Below are positions 24,553-33,616 of a stretch of 37,004 bases of DNA, one piece after another. A model generated the notes under the pieces. The model had not been told where the DNA came from. It ran no database searches and saw only the letters and a list, made by a program, of their open reading frames with translations. This stretch comes from Firmicutes bacterium CAG:238. GTDB lineage: Bacteria; Bacillota; Clostridia; Christensenellales; CAG-917. A program made the position numbers and the translations under genes. The DNA is taken from assembly GCA_963659105.1 (NCBI GenBank), contig CAVKTQ010000001.1, positions 1 to 37,004 on the forward strand, read 5' to 3'. Positions within the stretch are counted from its first letter, which is position 1. Every line of letters begins with the position of its first letter.

Positions 24553-25857
24553 TCACTTTATCCCCCTTGTTTTGATTTCTTTTTTCGCAAGGCGCATCGC
24601 TTGAACGAGCGGTCTCTTTGCAGGGCAAGAATACGAACACGCGCCGCATTCTATGCAGTTTAGCACGCCCATTTTGAAAGTTGTTTCGAAGTCGTCTTTT
24701 TCAACCGCTTTTTCGATTTCTCTGGGCACGAGTGACATCGGGCAGTTGATTATGCACTTGCCGCAACTTATGCAGGGCGTGGTCGGATTCATATTAAATT
24801 CCTTGTCCGTCATAAACAGCAGACAGGACGAACCCTTTGTGCAAGCAGGGGTCAGAGAGGATTGCGCAAATCCCATCATAGGACCGCCGCTTACGACTTT
24901 TCTCGTCGCTTCCTCGCTCTTGTTTCCTCTGCACACGTCGTAGATGTATTGATATTGCACGCCGTTGCGCACCCAGAAGTTGCCTCTCTTTTTCACGCCG
25001 CCGCCCGACACGGTCATAGCGCGCTTGTAGCAAGGCTCGCCCTCGTACACCGCTTTTGCGATCGAATACGCTGTATGCGCGTTGCAAACCACGCAACCGA
25101 CCTTTGCGGGCAACTCACCCGTCGGCACGATTCTGTGCGTGGTGGCATAAATAAGTTGTTTTTCCGCCCCTTGCGGATATTTGGCTTTGAGCCTCATAAC
25201 CGCCACGTTTTCGGGAACGATTTCGGCAAGGTGCTTGATTGCAAGCGGCTTGTTCGCCTCGATGCCGATGTATGCGCGGTCGATGTCGAGCGCGGTGAGC
25301 AAAAGTTCCACGCCCTTCAAAATCGTGTCCGCTTCTTCCATAAACAAGCGGTAGTCGCAAGTGATGTACGGTTCGCATTCCGCGCCGTTGATGATGAGCG
25401 TGTCGACCTTGTCCTTCGGCATAAGTTTGACGTGCGTCGGGAACGTCGCGCCGCCCATACCGACGATGCCTGCGTCCTTGACGCGTTTGATGATGTCGTC
25501 TTTGGTCGGATTTTTGAGGGGAGGAAGCGTGCGCTTTGTGTAAAGATAATCGTTTTCGATTTCGATGTGTTGCGCCTCGCCGCCGTTTGCCGTGGGAAGA
25601 GTGCAAATGCTCTTAACGATGCCCGAAACCGAGGAAAAAACATTTGCCGAAACAAAGCCGTTCGCCTCGCCGATCAACTGTCCTTCGTCAACGTGATCGC
25701 CGACGGCAACGACAGGCTTTGCCGGCGCGCCTATATGCTGCGACAAAGAGATGAAGACCCTCTCGGGAGTTGGAAACTGCTCCAGAGGCGCTTCCTTTGT
25801 AAACTTGTTCGCCGGCGGATGAATGCCTCGGCGAAAAGTCCTGAGTGGAATTGTCAT
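24553..25857 (-). CDS. rnfC: Rnf complex subunit C
   Basis: ATG at 25855-25857; the track start at 25863 is TTG. RRGIHPP, QHIGAPAKPVV, GMGGATFPTHVK and two CxxCxxCxxxCP motifs. Confidence 0.9.
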   Translation of the reverse strand: MTIPLRTFRRGIHPPANKFTKEAPLEQFPTPERVFISLSQHIGAPAKPVVAVGDHVDEGQLIGEANGFVSANVFSSVSGIVKSICTLPTANGGEAQHIEIENDYLYTKRTLPPLKNPTKDDIIKRVKDAGIVGMGGATFPTHVKLMPKDKVDTLIINGAECEPYITCDYRLFMEEADTILKGVELLLTALDIDRAYIGIEANKPLAIKHLAEIVPENVAVMRLKAKYPQGAEKQLIYATTHRIVPTGELPAKVGCVVCNAHTAYSIAKAVYEGEPCYKRAMTVSGGGVKKRGNFWVRNGVQYQYIYDVCRGNKSEEATRKVVSGGPMMGFAQSSLTPACTKGSSCLLFMTDKEFNMNPTTPCISCGKCIINCPMSLVPREIEKAVEKDDFETTFKMGVLNCIECGACSYSCPAKRPLVQAMRLAKKEIKTRGIK

Positions 25858-25890
25858 AAACAAAAGTCCTTATAAAACAAGATTAACATA

Positions 25891-25919
25891 AGTATACATT
25901 AGAAAACATACAATGTAAA
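25891..25919 (-). promoter_or_regulatory. Putative sigma-A promoter of the rnf operon
   Basis: On the minus strand: TTTACA (25914-25919), 17 nt, TATACT (25891-25896), about 34 nt upstream of the rnfC ATG. Confidence 0.5.
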
Positions 25920-25938
25920 TACCCCATTTTTGATTTTT

Positions 25939-26316
25939 TCATGAATTTTTAACCTCTTTTGCGATTTTGGGGATAAAAGAAACTATCGCCACAAGCACCA
26001 GAAATCCGCCGAACAACTTTTTGAGCAATTCGCCGTTCGCTTCCGTTGCAAAAAACGAGCAACCCACGCAAGCGATTATCGACGGAACAAGCATATAAAC
26101 CAAGTTTTCTTTGCGCACCAAATCGTTCTTGATATGGACGAAAAGAGCGGCTGTTCCCGACGGCAAAAAGGCGATTAGATTCGCAAATTGCGCGGTGAGT
26201 TGCGCAACGTTCATAACAAGTACGAGTATAGGCAAAGTGAGCGTTCCGCCGCCCATTCCCATGCCTGCGAGTATGCCGCCTACAAGTCCTGCCGAAATAA
26301 AATATACAAATTGCAT
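25939..26316 (-). CDS. Half-size TauE/SafE (TSUP) family membrane protein, second of an adjacent pair
   Basis: ATG at 26314-26316 preceded by GAGGTG. GLVGGILAGMGMGGGTLTLPIL motif. About 125 aa, roughly 4 TM helices. Confidence 0.75.
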   Translation of the reverse strand: MQFVYFISAGLVGGILAGMGMGGGTLTLPILVLVMNVAQLTAQFANLIAFLPSGTAALFVHIKNDLVRKENLVYMLVPSIIACVGCSFFATEANGELLKKLFGGFLVLVAIVSFIPKIAKEVKNS

Positions 26317-26380
26317 TTTCACCTCATATTGATACAAAACACATACTTTATCGCTTGAAAATTATCGATAAACCACTTTT

Positions 26381-26815
26381 TCAGTCAAAAATCATTTTGA
26401 AGCCTGCAAAAGTCATAAGTGCGTAAAAGAGGAACGACACGGCGTTTGCGGACATTTTTTTGAGCAGTAACGCGCCCATGATTCCGCCTATGGTTACGCC
26501 TATGACGGTGGGCAAAATCACGCTCGGCTCGTAGTTTCCTTTGAGCGCATACACGATAGAACTTACAAGGCACAGCGGCAGGATAACCGCGATTGCGGTT
26601 GCGTGCGCGCTCTTTTCGTCAAGTCCCCACACATACGTCAGACACGGCACGGCGAGCATGCCTCCCCCTGCCCCGAAAAGTCCGTTTATCGCGCCTATAA
26701 ACAGCGAGGCAAGACACATCGCGATTTTGCGTTTTGAAGACGCGTTTTGCTTTGTCGGGTTATATTTGAAGAAGTTTTTTGCAACAATTCGATTGATATA
26801 GGTTTCGCTTTGCAT
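26381..26815 (-). CDS. Half-size TauE/SafE (TSUP) family membrane protein, first of an adjacent pair (start uncertain)
   Basis: GAINGLFGAGGGMLAVPCL motif. The track start at 26863 is TTG. ATG candidates at 26815 and 26719, neither with a clear SD. Confidence 0.65.
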   Translation of the reverse strand: MQSETYINRIVAKNFFKYNPTKQNASSKRKIAMCLASLFIGAINGLFGAGGGMLAVPCLTYVWGLDEKSAHATAIAVILPLCLVSSIVYALKGNYEPSVILPTVIGVTIGGIMGALLLKKMSANAVSFLFYALMTFAGFKMIFD

Positions 26816-26994
26816 ACTTTTAGTTTTATTAATTTGCGAGAAAGTATGAATTTCGATTGCCAAAATATTGTTTTTGTATTAGGATAATAAAGCATATTGA
26901 TTTATACGATGCGCGCATATATGCGTGAATGTGTAACTCAAAACATCAAAAGGGCGCAATTCCCCCGCAAAATAAATCTCTTTATAGGTTTGGT

Positions 26995-29900
26995 ATGAAC
27001 AAGAAGAAATTTGCAGTATTAGCACTAATGATGATCGCACTCGTCGTGCTTACTTCGGCAATGTTCGTCGCTTGCAACAAAGACGACGACAGCACGACGG
27101 ACGACACCACAACGACAAGCGAAGCCACGAAAGGGCTTCTCATTTCCAACGGCGACTTCAAAGTTGTAGACACATCGGTCAAGACCTATCCCCGTACAAT
27201 CACCAACTGGACAGGCGGCAAGACCTACTCGTCGGGCAACTATAAGGACGACGTCACCTCAGGCGCAATCAGCCTCGACAAAACGCTCTACGACGCAAAC
27301 AAGAGCAGTTGGAACGATTCGGACGATTCTCTCTACAACGCTCTCGTCGCCGGCGGCAGATACGGCGATGACGACGACATCAAAAAAGCGCTTATGATTT
27401 ATATGCCCGAAGCGTCGACAGAGGACGGCAAAACCGTTCACGGTCCGACCGCTTACGGCTACACGTCTTCCTCTTTCACCATTGCAAAAGGCGGCTATTA
27501 CAAACTTTCCGTGGACGTTCTGACCAAGGACATCAAAGGCTCCGAAAACGGCACTCCCGGCGCGCGCATTTACGTCAGTTCCAACACTTATGCTGAATTT
27601 GAAGCAATCGACACTCAAGGCAAATGGGTCACCTATTCTGTGATTATCGAAGGTTCGCCCTCGTCCTCGTCCACTCTCACCGTTATGCTTGCGCTCGGCA
27701 AGTATTCCGCCTCCTACACGACGGGTCTTACCACGGGCTACGCGGTGTTTGACAACCTCACTTTGACAAAACTCGACAGCGGCGACGAATATGCGCAAGC
27801 AGTCGTCAACGAGAAAACAAACAACGAAAACGCAAAGACCACCGCAACCGCAACCCTCAAAGTGTCCAACGGACGCTTCGATTTCGGCACGACTTCTCTT
27901 TCGTCTTCGGCAACTCCCAACGGTTGGTCGCTCGTGACCGGCAACAGCGGCAGCAGCGATTCCGCTCCTTCCTCTTTGGGCTACAACGCAATCATCGACG
28001 TAAGCAAATTTGCCGACAACTACAGCAAATACTCCACAACCTATTATACTAAATCCGAAGCAGACCCCGACACGAAATCGTCTTACGTTCCTGCAGGCAG
28101 CCTCGAAGCAATCGCAAACCTGTCCAGCGACAACCGCATCCAAAAACTCCTCGACGGTTCGGTCGGCACAAACGTGTTTATGCTCTCTCAACAACTTATG
28201 ACCGCGCAAGGCGTCAAGTCCTCTCGCAGCATAACCATTGAGAAGAACAAACTCTACGCGCTTTCTCTCAACGTCTACACCTACGGCGTACACGGCGCGG
28301 GCGCGTCCATAATCCTTTCGGGCAGCGACGGCAAAGACATCGTCATCAAGGGCATCTCGGCTTCGCCGTCCGACAACGTGTTTATCGGCAGCACCAAGAT
28401 CGACTCCAACAGTTATGCGGCAGGCACCGATCAAGGCGTCACCACAGACGGCTGGAAGACCTACACCTTCTACATTCAAGGCAACCAATTCAAAGACTAC
28501 AGTTACAATATGACCGTATGGCTCGGCACCGAAGGCACTTCGAGCAACACTGCGGTGGAATACACCAACTGGAACTCAGACAAGACCCAAACGACGTACA
28601 AGGCAAACGGCACGTTCTCTAACGGCTGGCTCTTTATGGACGAACTCAATCTCGAAGAGATTGCCCAAAGCGACATCCCCTCTACCCTCGTCAAAGACGC
28701 GAACGACAAGCAAACTCTCGACTTGACGGAAGCGGGCATGAGCGCATACGAAGGTCTCAAAGTCGACCTCACCACCACCAATATGGCGCCGTTTGACGGA
28801 ATGCTCGCAAACACGACGGGCAAGTCCTCGCAAGAAGACATCGACGTCCTTGCAGACAGCGCCGGCATTCCGACGGGATGGGTGTCCAACTATGACTTCA
28901 CGGCATCAACCGCTCCGCTTGTCAAAGGACTTGTGAGCGAAGGCGTGGTGGAACTCACAAAGGACGCACTCCCCTACGACACGGTTGACAAACACGCATA
29001 CCAAATCAAAATAACAGCCGACAGCCGTTACGAAATCGAAACTCAAACCTTCACGATCGAAAAGAACAAATTCTATCGCATCTCGGTTTGGGTCAAGACA
29101 ATCGACGTCAAAGAGACTAGCGGCGCATACGTCTATCTCGTCAAGAAAGGCGACTCCGTCAAGGACGATTCCGCTCTTGCGACGTTCTCTCAAATCAACA
29201 CCAACTCCGCAGAGGACGGCTTCGATCCCTATCTCAACGATTGGTGCGAACTCACGACTCTCGTCAAAGGCAGCGAGAAAGAAGACGTGACCGTATCCTT
29301 GAAGTTTGCTCTCGGCAGCGGCGATCGCTGGTCTTCGAGCACTCTCACGAGCGGTTCTATGTTGGTTGCAAACGTCAACGGCTCGAGCATTTCTCAAACC
29401 GTGTACGACGGCACAAGCACAGGCACATACGTCAAGAGCGTCAACCTTGCTTCCTCTTCTTCGAGTTACACCTTCACCAACGGCGCTTTCGACGACTATG
29501 ACACAACGGACGAAAACCTCGAAGACGGCAAGAGCCTCAACGAACAAAAAACCGCCGCAACGCCCTCCAACTGGACGTTCAGCGACAAGACTTTGAAACC
29601 CAACACGTCCGAATCCAACCTCGTCGCAGGCGTTGTCGCTTTGAACACGGACGACAACAAGTCCTTCAAGCACAGCGACCAAACGACGGCGGTGTTTCCC
29701 AACATCGATTCGTCCGTGTTCGATTCCTTCTACGGCGACTTCTATAACGTAAAAACCGACCTTTCAAGTTTGCCCGGCAAGAAGGCTCAACTTCTCGCAA
29801 TCGGCTCGAACAACGGCACGACCGGTTATGCGGCAGGCTTCTCGTCAAACAGCGTTACGCTCTCGGCAAACAGTTACTATGCGCTCTCCGTCTATGCAAG

Positions 29901-31365
29901 AACGGTGGGCAACACAACGTTCTCCGTCTACCTCACGGGCGAGTCGTCCGTTGACAGCGAATCGGGCGCAAGCGCGTTTGTCGAAACAAAAACCGCTTCC
30001 GAATCGAAGTGGGAAAAATACACCTTCTATATCCGCACCGGTCAATCCGGCGTATCCGTCAAACTCAATCTCTGGCTCGGTCAGGACGCAACATACGGCA
30101 GCGTTGAAGGTAGCACGGAAGAACTCAGAGCGGAAAACGCAAAATCCAACGGAACCGTGTTCTTCGACAACGTGACCTACAACACCATTGACGAGGATGT
30201 CTACGAAAAGGCAGCGGCGTCGGAAATCGCAAACGAAACAATCAACAAACTTTCCTTCCTCACCGACAGTTTCGACTCGCTCTCCTCGACGGTCGAATCG
30301 AGAAAGAGCGTTGCGACGCCCAGCGGTTGGACAGGCACAGTGAGCGGCACGACAAGTTCCAAAGCAACAAAGAGCGGCATCGTTTATGCGGATCGCAACT
30401 TCTACGAAGTTGAAACCGTTGACGGCGTTGACTATGCTCGCATCCTCGGCGCAGACTACACCGTCGACAGCGACGAGGCAACTCCCACCGACGAAGAGGT
30501 TGCAGAGGCAAAGAAAGAATCGAGATTCGAAGGCAAATCCGACGAAGAAATCATCGCAACCCTCAAAGAAGAAAAGGTCGTTGCCTTGAAGAAAGCAAAC
30601 TGGATTCCCGTCAGCGTTCTCGAAGCAAAGAGCGGCAAGCAAATGCTCGTCATCAACAACACCGAAAAGAGCGCGTACACTTACACGAGTTCCACGTTCA
30701 CCCTCAAAGAGGCTTCCTTCTATGAGGTCAGCGTTTGGGTCAAGACCTACGGCATGTCAAATGACGACGACATCAGCGGCGCAAACGTCGAACTCTATCT
30801 CGGCTCTGCAAACGAATCCGACAAGCCCTTCTCCTTCTCCGCAATCAAGGCGGCGGACACGGAAGAATGGACAAAATACACCTTTGTCGTCAAGACTATG
30901 GACGACGACGTGACAAGCGTCACCCTCAAACTCTCGCTCGGTAAATTCACGTCCGAAACCGTTGACGGCACAACCACCGTCACAGGCATCACAAGCGGTT
31001 ACGCAATGTTCGACGACGTGACAATCAAGCAAGTCGACGAAGCGGCATACGACAAAGCGGTCGCCGATTCCGCAACGGACAAGACCCTCCTCACTCGCCA
31101 AGTTTCCAACGAGACGTCGGGAACAAGCGATGACGAAGACAACGGCGACAACGAAACTCCCGACAGAACGTTCAACACCGAAGCGCTCTGGTGGATGGTT
31201 CCGACAATCGTCCTTGCAGTGCTCATCATCGTGGTCGTAATCGTCTACGTCGTGCGCAAGGTCAGAAAGCCGATTGCCAAGAAGAAAGAAAAGAAAGCGG
31301 CGTCTCCGATCGAAACGCCTTCTCTCGACGCAAAACACAACAAATACGACGAGAACAAGGAATGA
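26995..31365 (+). CDS. Giant cell-surface protein: lipoprotein signal, five diverged CBM_4_9-like modules, C-terminal TM anchor with Lys-rich tail
   Basis: MNKKKFAVLALMMIALVVLTSAMFVAC lipobox. Five repeats share the pattern NGxF..PxxW..F(T/S)hxKxxxYxhSVxVxT..GAxhxL..W(x)xYTFxh..hxLxLG..G(Y/T)xhFDxhxh. TM ALWWMVPTIVLAVLIIVVVIVYVV then RKVRKPIAKKKEKK. The upstream ATG at 26929 would bury the signal peptide. Confidence 0.8.
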   Translation: MNKKKFAVLALMMIALVVLTSAMFVACNKDDDSTTDDTTTTSEATKGLLISNGDFKVVDTSVKTYPRTITNWTGGKTYSSGNYKDDVTSGAISLDKTLYDANKSSWNDSDDSLYNALVAGGRYGDDDDIKKALMIYMPEASTEDGKTVHGPTAYGYTSSSFTIAKGGYYKLSVDVLTKDIKGSENGTPGARIYVSSNTYAEFEAIDTQGKWVTYSVIIEGSPSSSSTLTVMLALGKYSASYTTGLTTGYAVFDNLTLTKLDSGDEYAQAVVNEKTNNENAKTTATATLKVSNGRFDFGTTSLSSSATPNGWSLVTGNSGSSDSAPSSLGYNAIIDVSKFADNYSKYSTTYYTKSEADPDTKSSYVPAGSLEAIANLSSDNRIQKLLDGSVGTNVFMLSQQLMTAQGVKSSRSITIEKNKLYALSLNVYTYGVHGAGASIILSGSDGKDIVIKGISASPSDNVFIGSTKIDSNSYAAGTDQGVTTDGWKTYTFYIQGNQFKDYSYNMTVWLGTEGTSSNTAVEYTNWNSDKTQTTYKANGTFSNGWLFMDELNLEEIAQSDIPSTLVKDANDKQTLDLTEAGMSAYEGLKVDLTTTNMAPFDGMLANTTGKSSQEDIDVLADSAGIPTGWVSNYDFTASTAPLVKGLVSEGVVELTKDALPYDTVDKHAYQIKITADSRYEIETQTFTIEKNKFYRISVWVKTIDVKETSGAYVYLVKKGDSVKDDSALATFSQINTNSAEDGFDPYLNDWCELTTLVKGSEKEDVTVSLKFALGSGDRWSSSTLTSGSMLVANVNGSSISQTVYDGTSTGTYVKSVNLASSSSSYTFTNGAFDDYDTTDENLEDGKSLNEQKTAATPSNWTFSDKTLKPNTSESNLVAGVVALNTDDNKSFKHSDQTTAVFPNIDSSVFDSFYGDFYNVKTDLSSLPGKKAQLLAIGSNNGTTGYAAGFSSNSVTLSANSYYALSVYARTVGNTTFSVYLTGESSVDSESGASAFVETKTASESKWEKYTFYIRTGQSGVSVKLNLWLGQDATYGSVEGSTEELRAENAKSNGTVFFDNVTYNTIDEDVYEKAAASEIANETINKLSFLTDSFDSLSSTVESRKSVATPSGWTGTVSGTTSSKATKSGIVYADRNFYEVETVDGVDYARILGADYTVDSDEATPTDEEVAEAKKESRFEGKSDEEIIATLKEEKVVALKKANWIPVSVLEAKSGKQMLVINNTEKSAYTYTSSTFTLKEASFYEVSVWVKTYGMSNDDDISGANVELYLGSANESDKPFSFSAIKAADTEEWTKYTFVVKTMDDDVTSVTLKLSLGKFTSETVDGTTTVTGITSGYAMFDDVTIKQVDEAAYDKAVADSATDKTLLTRQVSNETSGTSDDEDNGDNETPDRTFNTEALWWMVPTIVLAVLIIVVVIVYVVRKVRKPIAKKKEKKAASPIETPSLDAKHNKYDENKE

Positions 31366-31383
31366 TTTGATTAAACGCAAAAA

Positions 31384-31416
31384 CGCTCGCAAGCAAAACT
31401 TGCGAGCGTTTTTTTT
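31384..31416 (+). terminator. Rho-independent terminator of the giant surface-protein gene
   Basis: CGCTCGCAAG (31384-31393) / CTTGCGAGCG (31399-31408), loop CAAAA, followed by T8. Confidence 0.85.
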
Positions 31417-31445
31417 AATTAATAATCAATAATGAATAATTAATT
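31417..31445 (-). repeat. Family-2 AT-rich arm, inverted orientation
   Basis: AATTAATAATCAATAATGAATAATTAATT is the reverse complement of AATTAATTATTCATTATTGATTATTAATT. Compare 2688-2719 and 9834-9865. Confidence 0.8.
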
Positions 31446-31472
31446 ACTTTGCGCCGAATGCAAAACACAAAA

Positions 31473-31496
31473 ATTAAAGTTTCCCCCTTCCTCACG
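31473..31496 (-). repeat. Fragment of the family-1 tail
   Basis: The reverse complement CGTGAGGAAGGGGGAAACTTTAAT matches 77-100 at 23 of 24 positions. Confidence 0.8.
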
Positions 31497-31908
31497 TGTT
31501 TGGACTTCGGCGTTTACAAGGCAATCCGCCTCGTTCGCTTTGGCTACAACACATTCACTGGATGTGTTGTTTAACGCGTCGCGCCCAACCTCCGTTCAAA
31601 TTTTCCGCTTGCGCACGAAGTGCGTTGCACCAAGCAGATAATTTGGCGAAATTGCGGCGTGAGGTTTTATCCGTGTTTGAACTGATAGCACAAATTCTCT
31701 GCGCGGTTAGAGATTGCGAGAACAAGTGCGGTTTTTGACAATCGCCCCAAAAGTTTTCGTTTCTATTTAGGGGATTCCCACGCTACGCTCTGAATGACGA
31801 TGTGGGCGATTGACATTGCCGCAATGCCGTTTGAGCAATGGCTCGCCGCCTTGCGGCTCGTGTTCCGTCTGCGAATTTTCGCATTCCGTGTACGAGTAGT
31901 CTTCGAAC

Positions 31909-31978
31909 AAGTTTTCGTTTCGGGCGTGGGGCAATGCCCCACCCGCAATTATTAATTATTAATTATTAATTATTAATT
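31909..31978 (+). repeat. Family-2 repeat (GC hairpin + AT tract) directly upstream of the SpoVB-like gene
   Basis: AAGTTTTCGTTTC, GGGC, GTGGGGC-aat-GCCCCAC, CCGC, AATTATTAATTATTAATTATTAATTATTAATT. The AAGTTTTCGTTTC leader also occurs at 31752-31764. Confidence 0.85.
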
Positions 31979-31996
31979 TCCAACATATTCTTAAAT

Positions 31997-33574
31997 ATGA
32001 ACAACACCGCAAAATCTTTCGGCATAGTCACAAGTTTTTCAATCGTGACAAGGCTCGTTTCCTTTATCTTCAAAATGTGGATGTCACGCGCTCTCGGCGC
32101 GGAAGTCGTCGGGCTCTACCAGATTGCGTTGAGCGTTCTGCTTATGCTCTTTACAATCACCGCAGGCGCGCCGACCGTCCTTTCGAGGAAGATTGCCGAA
32201 TCGAGCGGCAATCTCAAAAAGCAAAACTCGCTTTTGACTGCTTCCGTGATTATGGGGCTCGGCATATCTTCGGCGATTTGCGCCCTCTTTTACGGTTTGG
32301 GGTCGAGAATCTCGCCGCTGTTTTCAAATCCCGATTGCCTGCCCATATTTTTCATTATGTTGCCCACAATCCTCACATCCACGCTTTATGCGTCCCTTCG
32401 CAGTTGGTTTTGGGGCAGAAAAAAGTTTTTGGCGTTTTCGTCGACCGAACTCGTTGACGAGATTGTCAAAATCGCGCTTTCAATCGCATTTACGGGCGGT
32501 TTGATTTCCCGTCTTAACGGCGCGCAAAACATCGCGCTTGCAATGACGATTTCAGACCTTGCGTGCGTGCTTATACTTCTCGCGCTGTTCTTCGCAACGG
32601 GCGGAAGGCTTACAAAACCGAGCGGATTTAAGGAACTTACGTTGAAAACCATTCCCCTTTCGACAACACGCATAATCACATCGCTCGGTGCGTCGCTCAC
32701 CGCCCTCATCCTTCCGAAAATGCTCGTAAAGGCAGGGCTTACGCTTGCCGAAGCCACGGCGCAGTACGGCAGGGTCGCAGGCATGGCGTTGCCGCTCATT
32801 ATGGCTCCGGTGACGTTTATAGGCGCGCTGTCCGTTGTGCTTGTTCCCGACATTGCCGAATTGCGCGCGAAAGGCAATATGGACGCAGTGCGCGCGAAGA
32901 TGTCAACTTCACTGCTCTTTTCCGTCATAATCGCAAGCCTGTTTTTTGCGATATATCTGCCCCTCGGTCAGAGCCTCGGGCAACTGCTTTTCAAGGACGG
33001 CGAGGCAGGCAAATTTGTGTCCTACTGCTCGCTTATGCTCTTTCCCATCGCCGCCGCTCAATCCACCACGCCCATGCTCAATTCGCTCGGAAAGGAGCGC
33101 ATAACCCTGCTCGGCACGGTCGTAGGCGCAAGCGCGATGATACCTTGCGTTCTGCTTATGCCAAAGCACATAGGCATTTACGCAATGGCTCTGTCGACGG
33201 GGCTTTGCTTTTTGCTCATCGCAATCGTCAATCTCGCAGTCCTAAAAAAAGAGGTCGGTTCGTTTGCAAATCACAAGAAAAATCTTCCCCCGGTTTTGCT
33301 GTCCGTTCCGCTTGCCGTGACGGGGCTTTTCGGCGCAAAACTGCTTTGCAGATACGCAGACTACATCACGGCAATCGTGGTTGTCGGCGTATACATACTT
33401 TTCTTTTTCTTTCTCGTCATATCCGCGTTCAATGTGGTTGACGTGACAACCTGCGTCAAAATGTTTTCGCCCCAAAGGACAAACAAAACCGCAATGAAAT
33501 CGGCAAATAAACGACATAAAATCCGCACGAAATCGTTGAGAAATCGATGCGAAAGGCACATAAAAAACGCTTGA
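31997..33574 (+). CDS. MOP-superfamily flippase, SpoVB / polysaccharide-biosynthesis-protein-like
   Basis: 525 aa, about 14 TM helices. N-terminus IVTRLVSFIFKMWMSRALGAEVVGLYQIA is typical of SpoVB/MurJ-like proteins. Basic C-terminal tail. Confidence 0.75.
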   Translation: MNNTAKSFGIVTSFSIVTRLVSFIFKMWMSRALGAEVVGLYQIALSVLLMLFTITAGAPTVLSRKIAESSGNLKKQNSLLTASVIMGLGISSAICALFYGLGSRISPLFSNPDCLPIFFIMLPTILTSTLYASLRSWFWGRKKFLAFSSTELVDEIVKIALSIAFTGGLISRLNGAQNIALAMTISDLACVLILLALFFATGGRLTKPSGFKELTLKTIPLSTTRIITSLGASLTALILPKMLVKAGLTLAEATAQYGRVAGMALPLIMAPVTFIGALSVVLVPDIAELRAKGNMDAVRAKMSTSLLFSVIIASLFFAIYLPLGQSLGQLLFKDGEAGKFVSYCSLMLFPIAAAQSTTPMLNSLGKERITLLGTVVGASAMIPCVLLMPKHIGIYAMALSTGLCFLLIAIVNLAVLKKEVGSFANHKKNLPPVLLSVPLAVTGLFGAKLLCRYADYITAIVVVGVYILFFFFLVISAFNVVDVTTCVKMFSPQRTNKTAMKSANKRHKIRTKSLRNRCERHIKNA

Positions 33575-33616
33575 TAACATTCAAAAACGAATAAAAAAAC
33601 GCCTTATAAGCAAACT

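Noticed and set aside
26929-26994. The upstream ATG at 26929, which would extend the giant ORF by 22 aa (MCNSKHQKGAIPPQNKSLYRFG).
   Set aside because: The extension would bury the lipoprotein signal peptide that begins at MNKKKF (26995), and it has no SD.
26995-31365. The giant repeat protein as a diversity-generating-retroelement target or phase-variable adhesin.
   Set aside because: There is no reverse transcriptase and no template/variable nucleotide repeat pair. There are no homopolymer or short tandem tracts at the 5' end. The modules are diverged at the DNA level.
31496-31738. An 80-aa ORF (GTG start) and a 61-aa minus-strand ORF inside the long 31366-31996 intergenic region.
   Set aside because: They have no SD and a non-ATG start. 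The sequence is Cys/Arg-rich and unlike a real protein. They span repeat fragments and hairpins.
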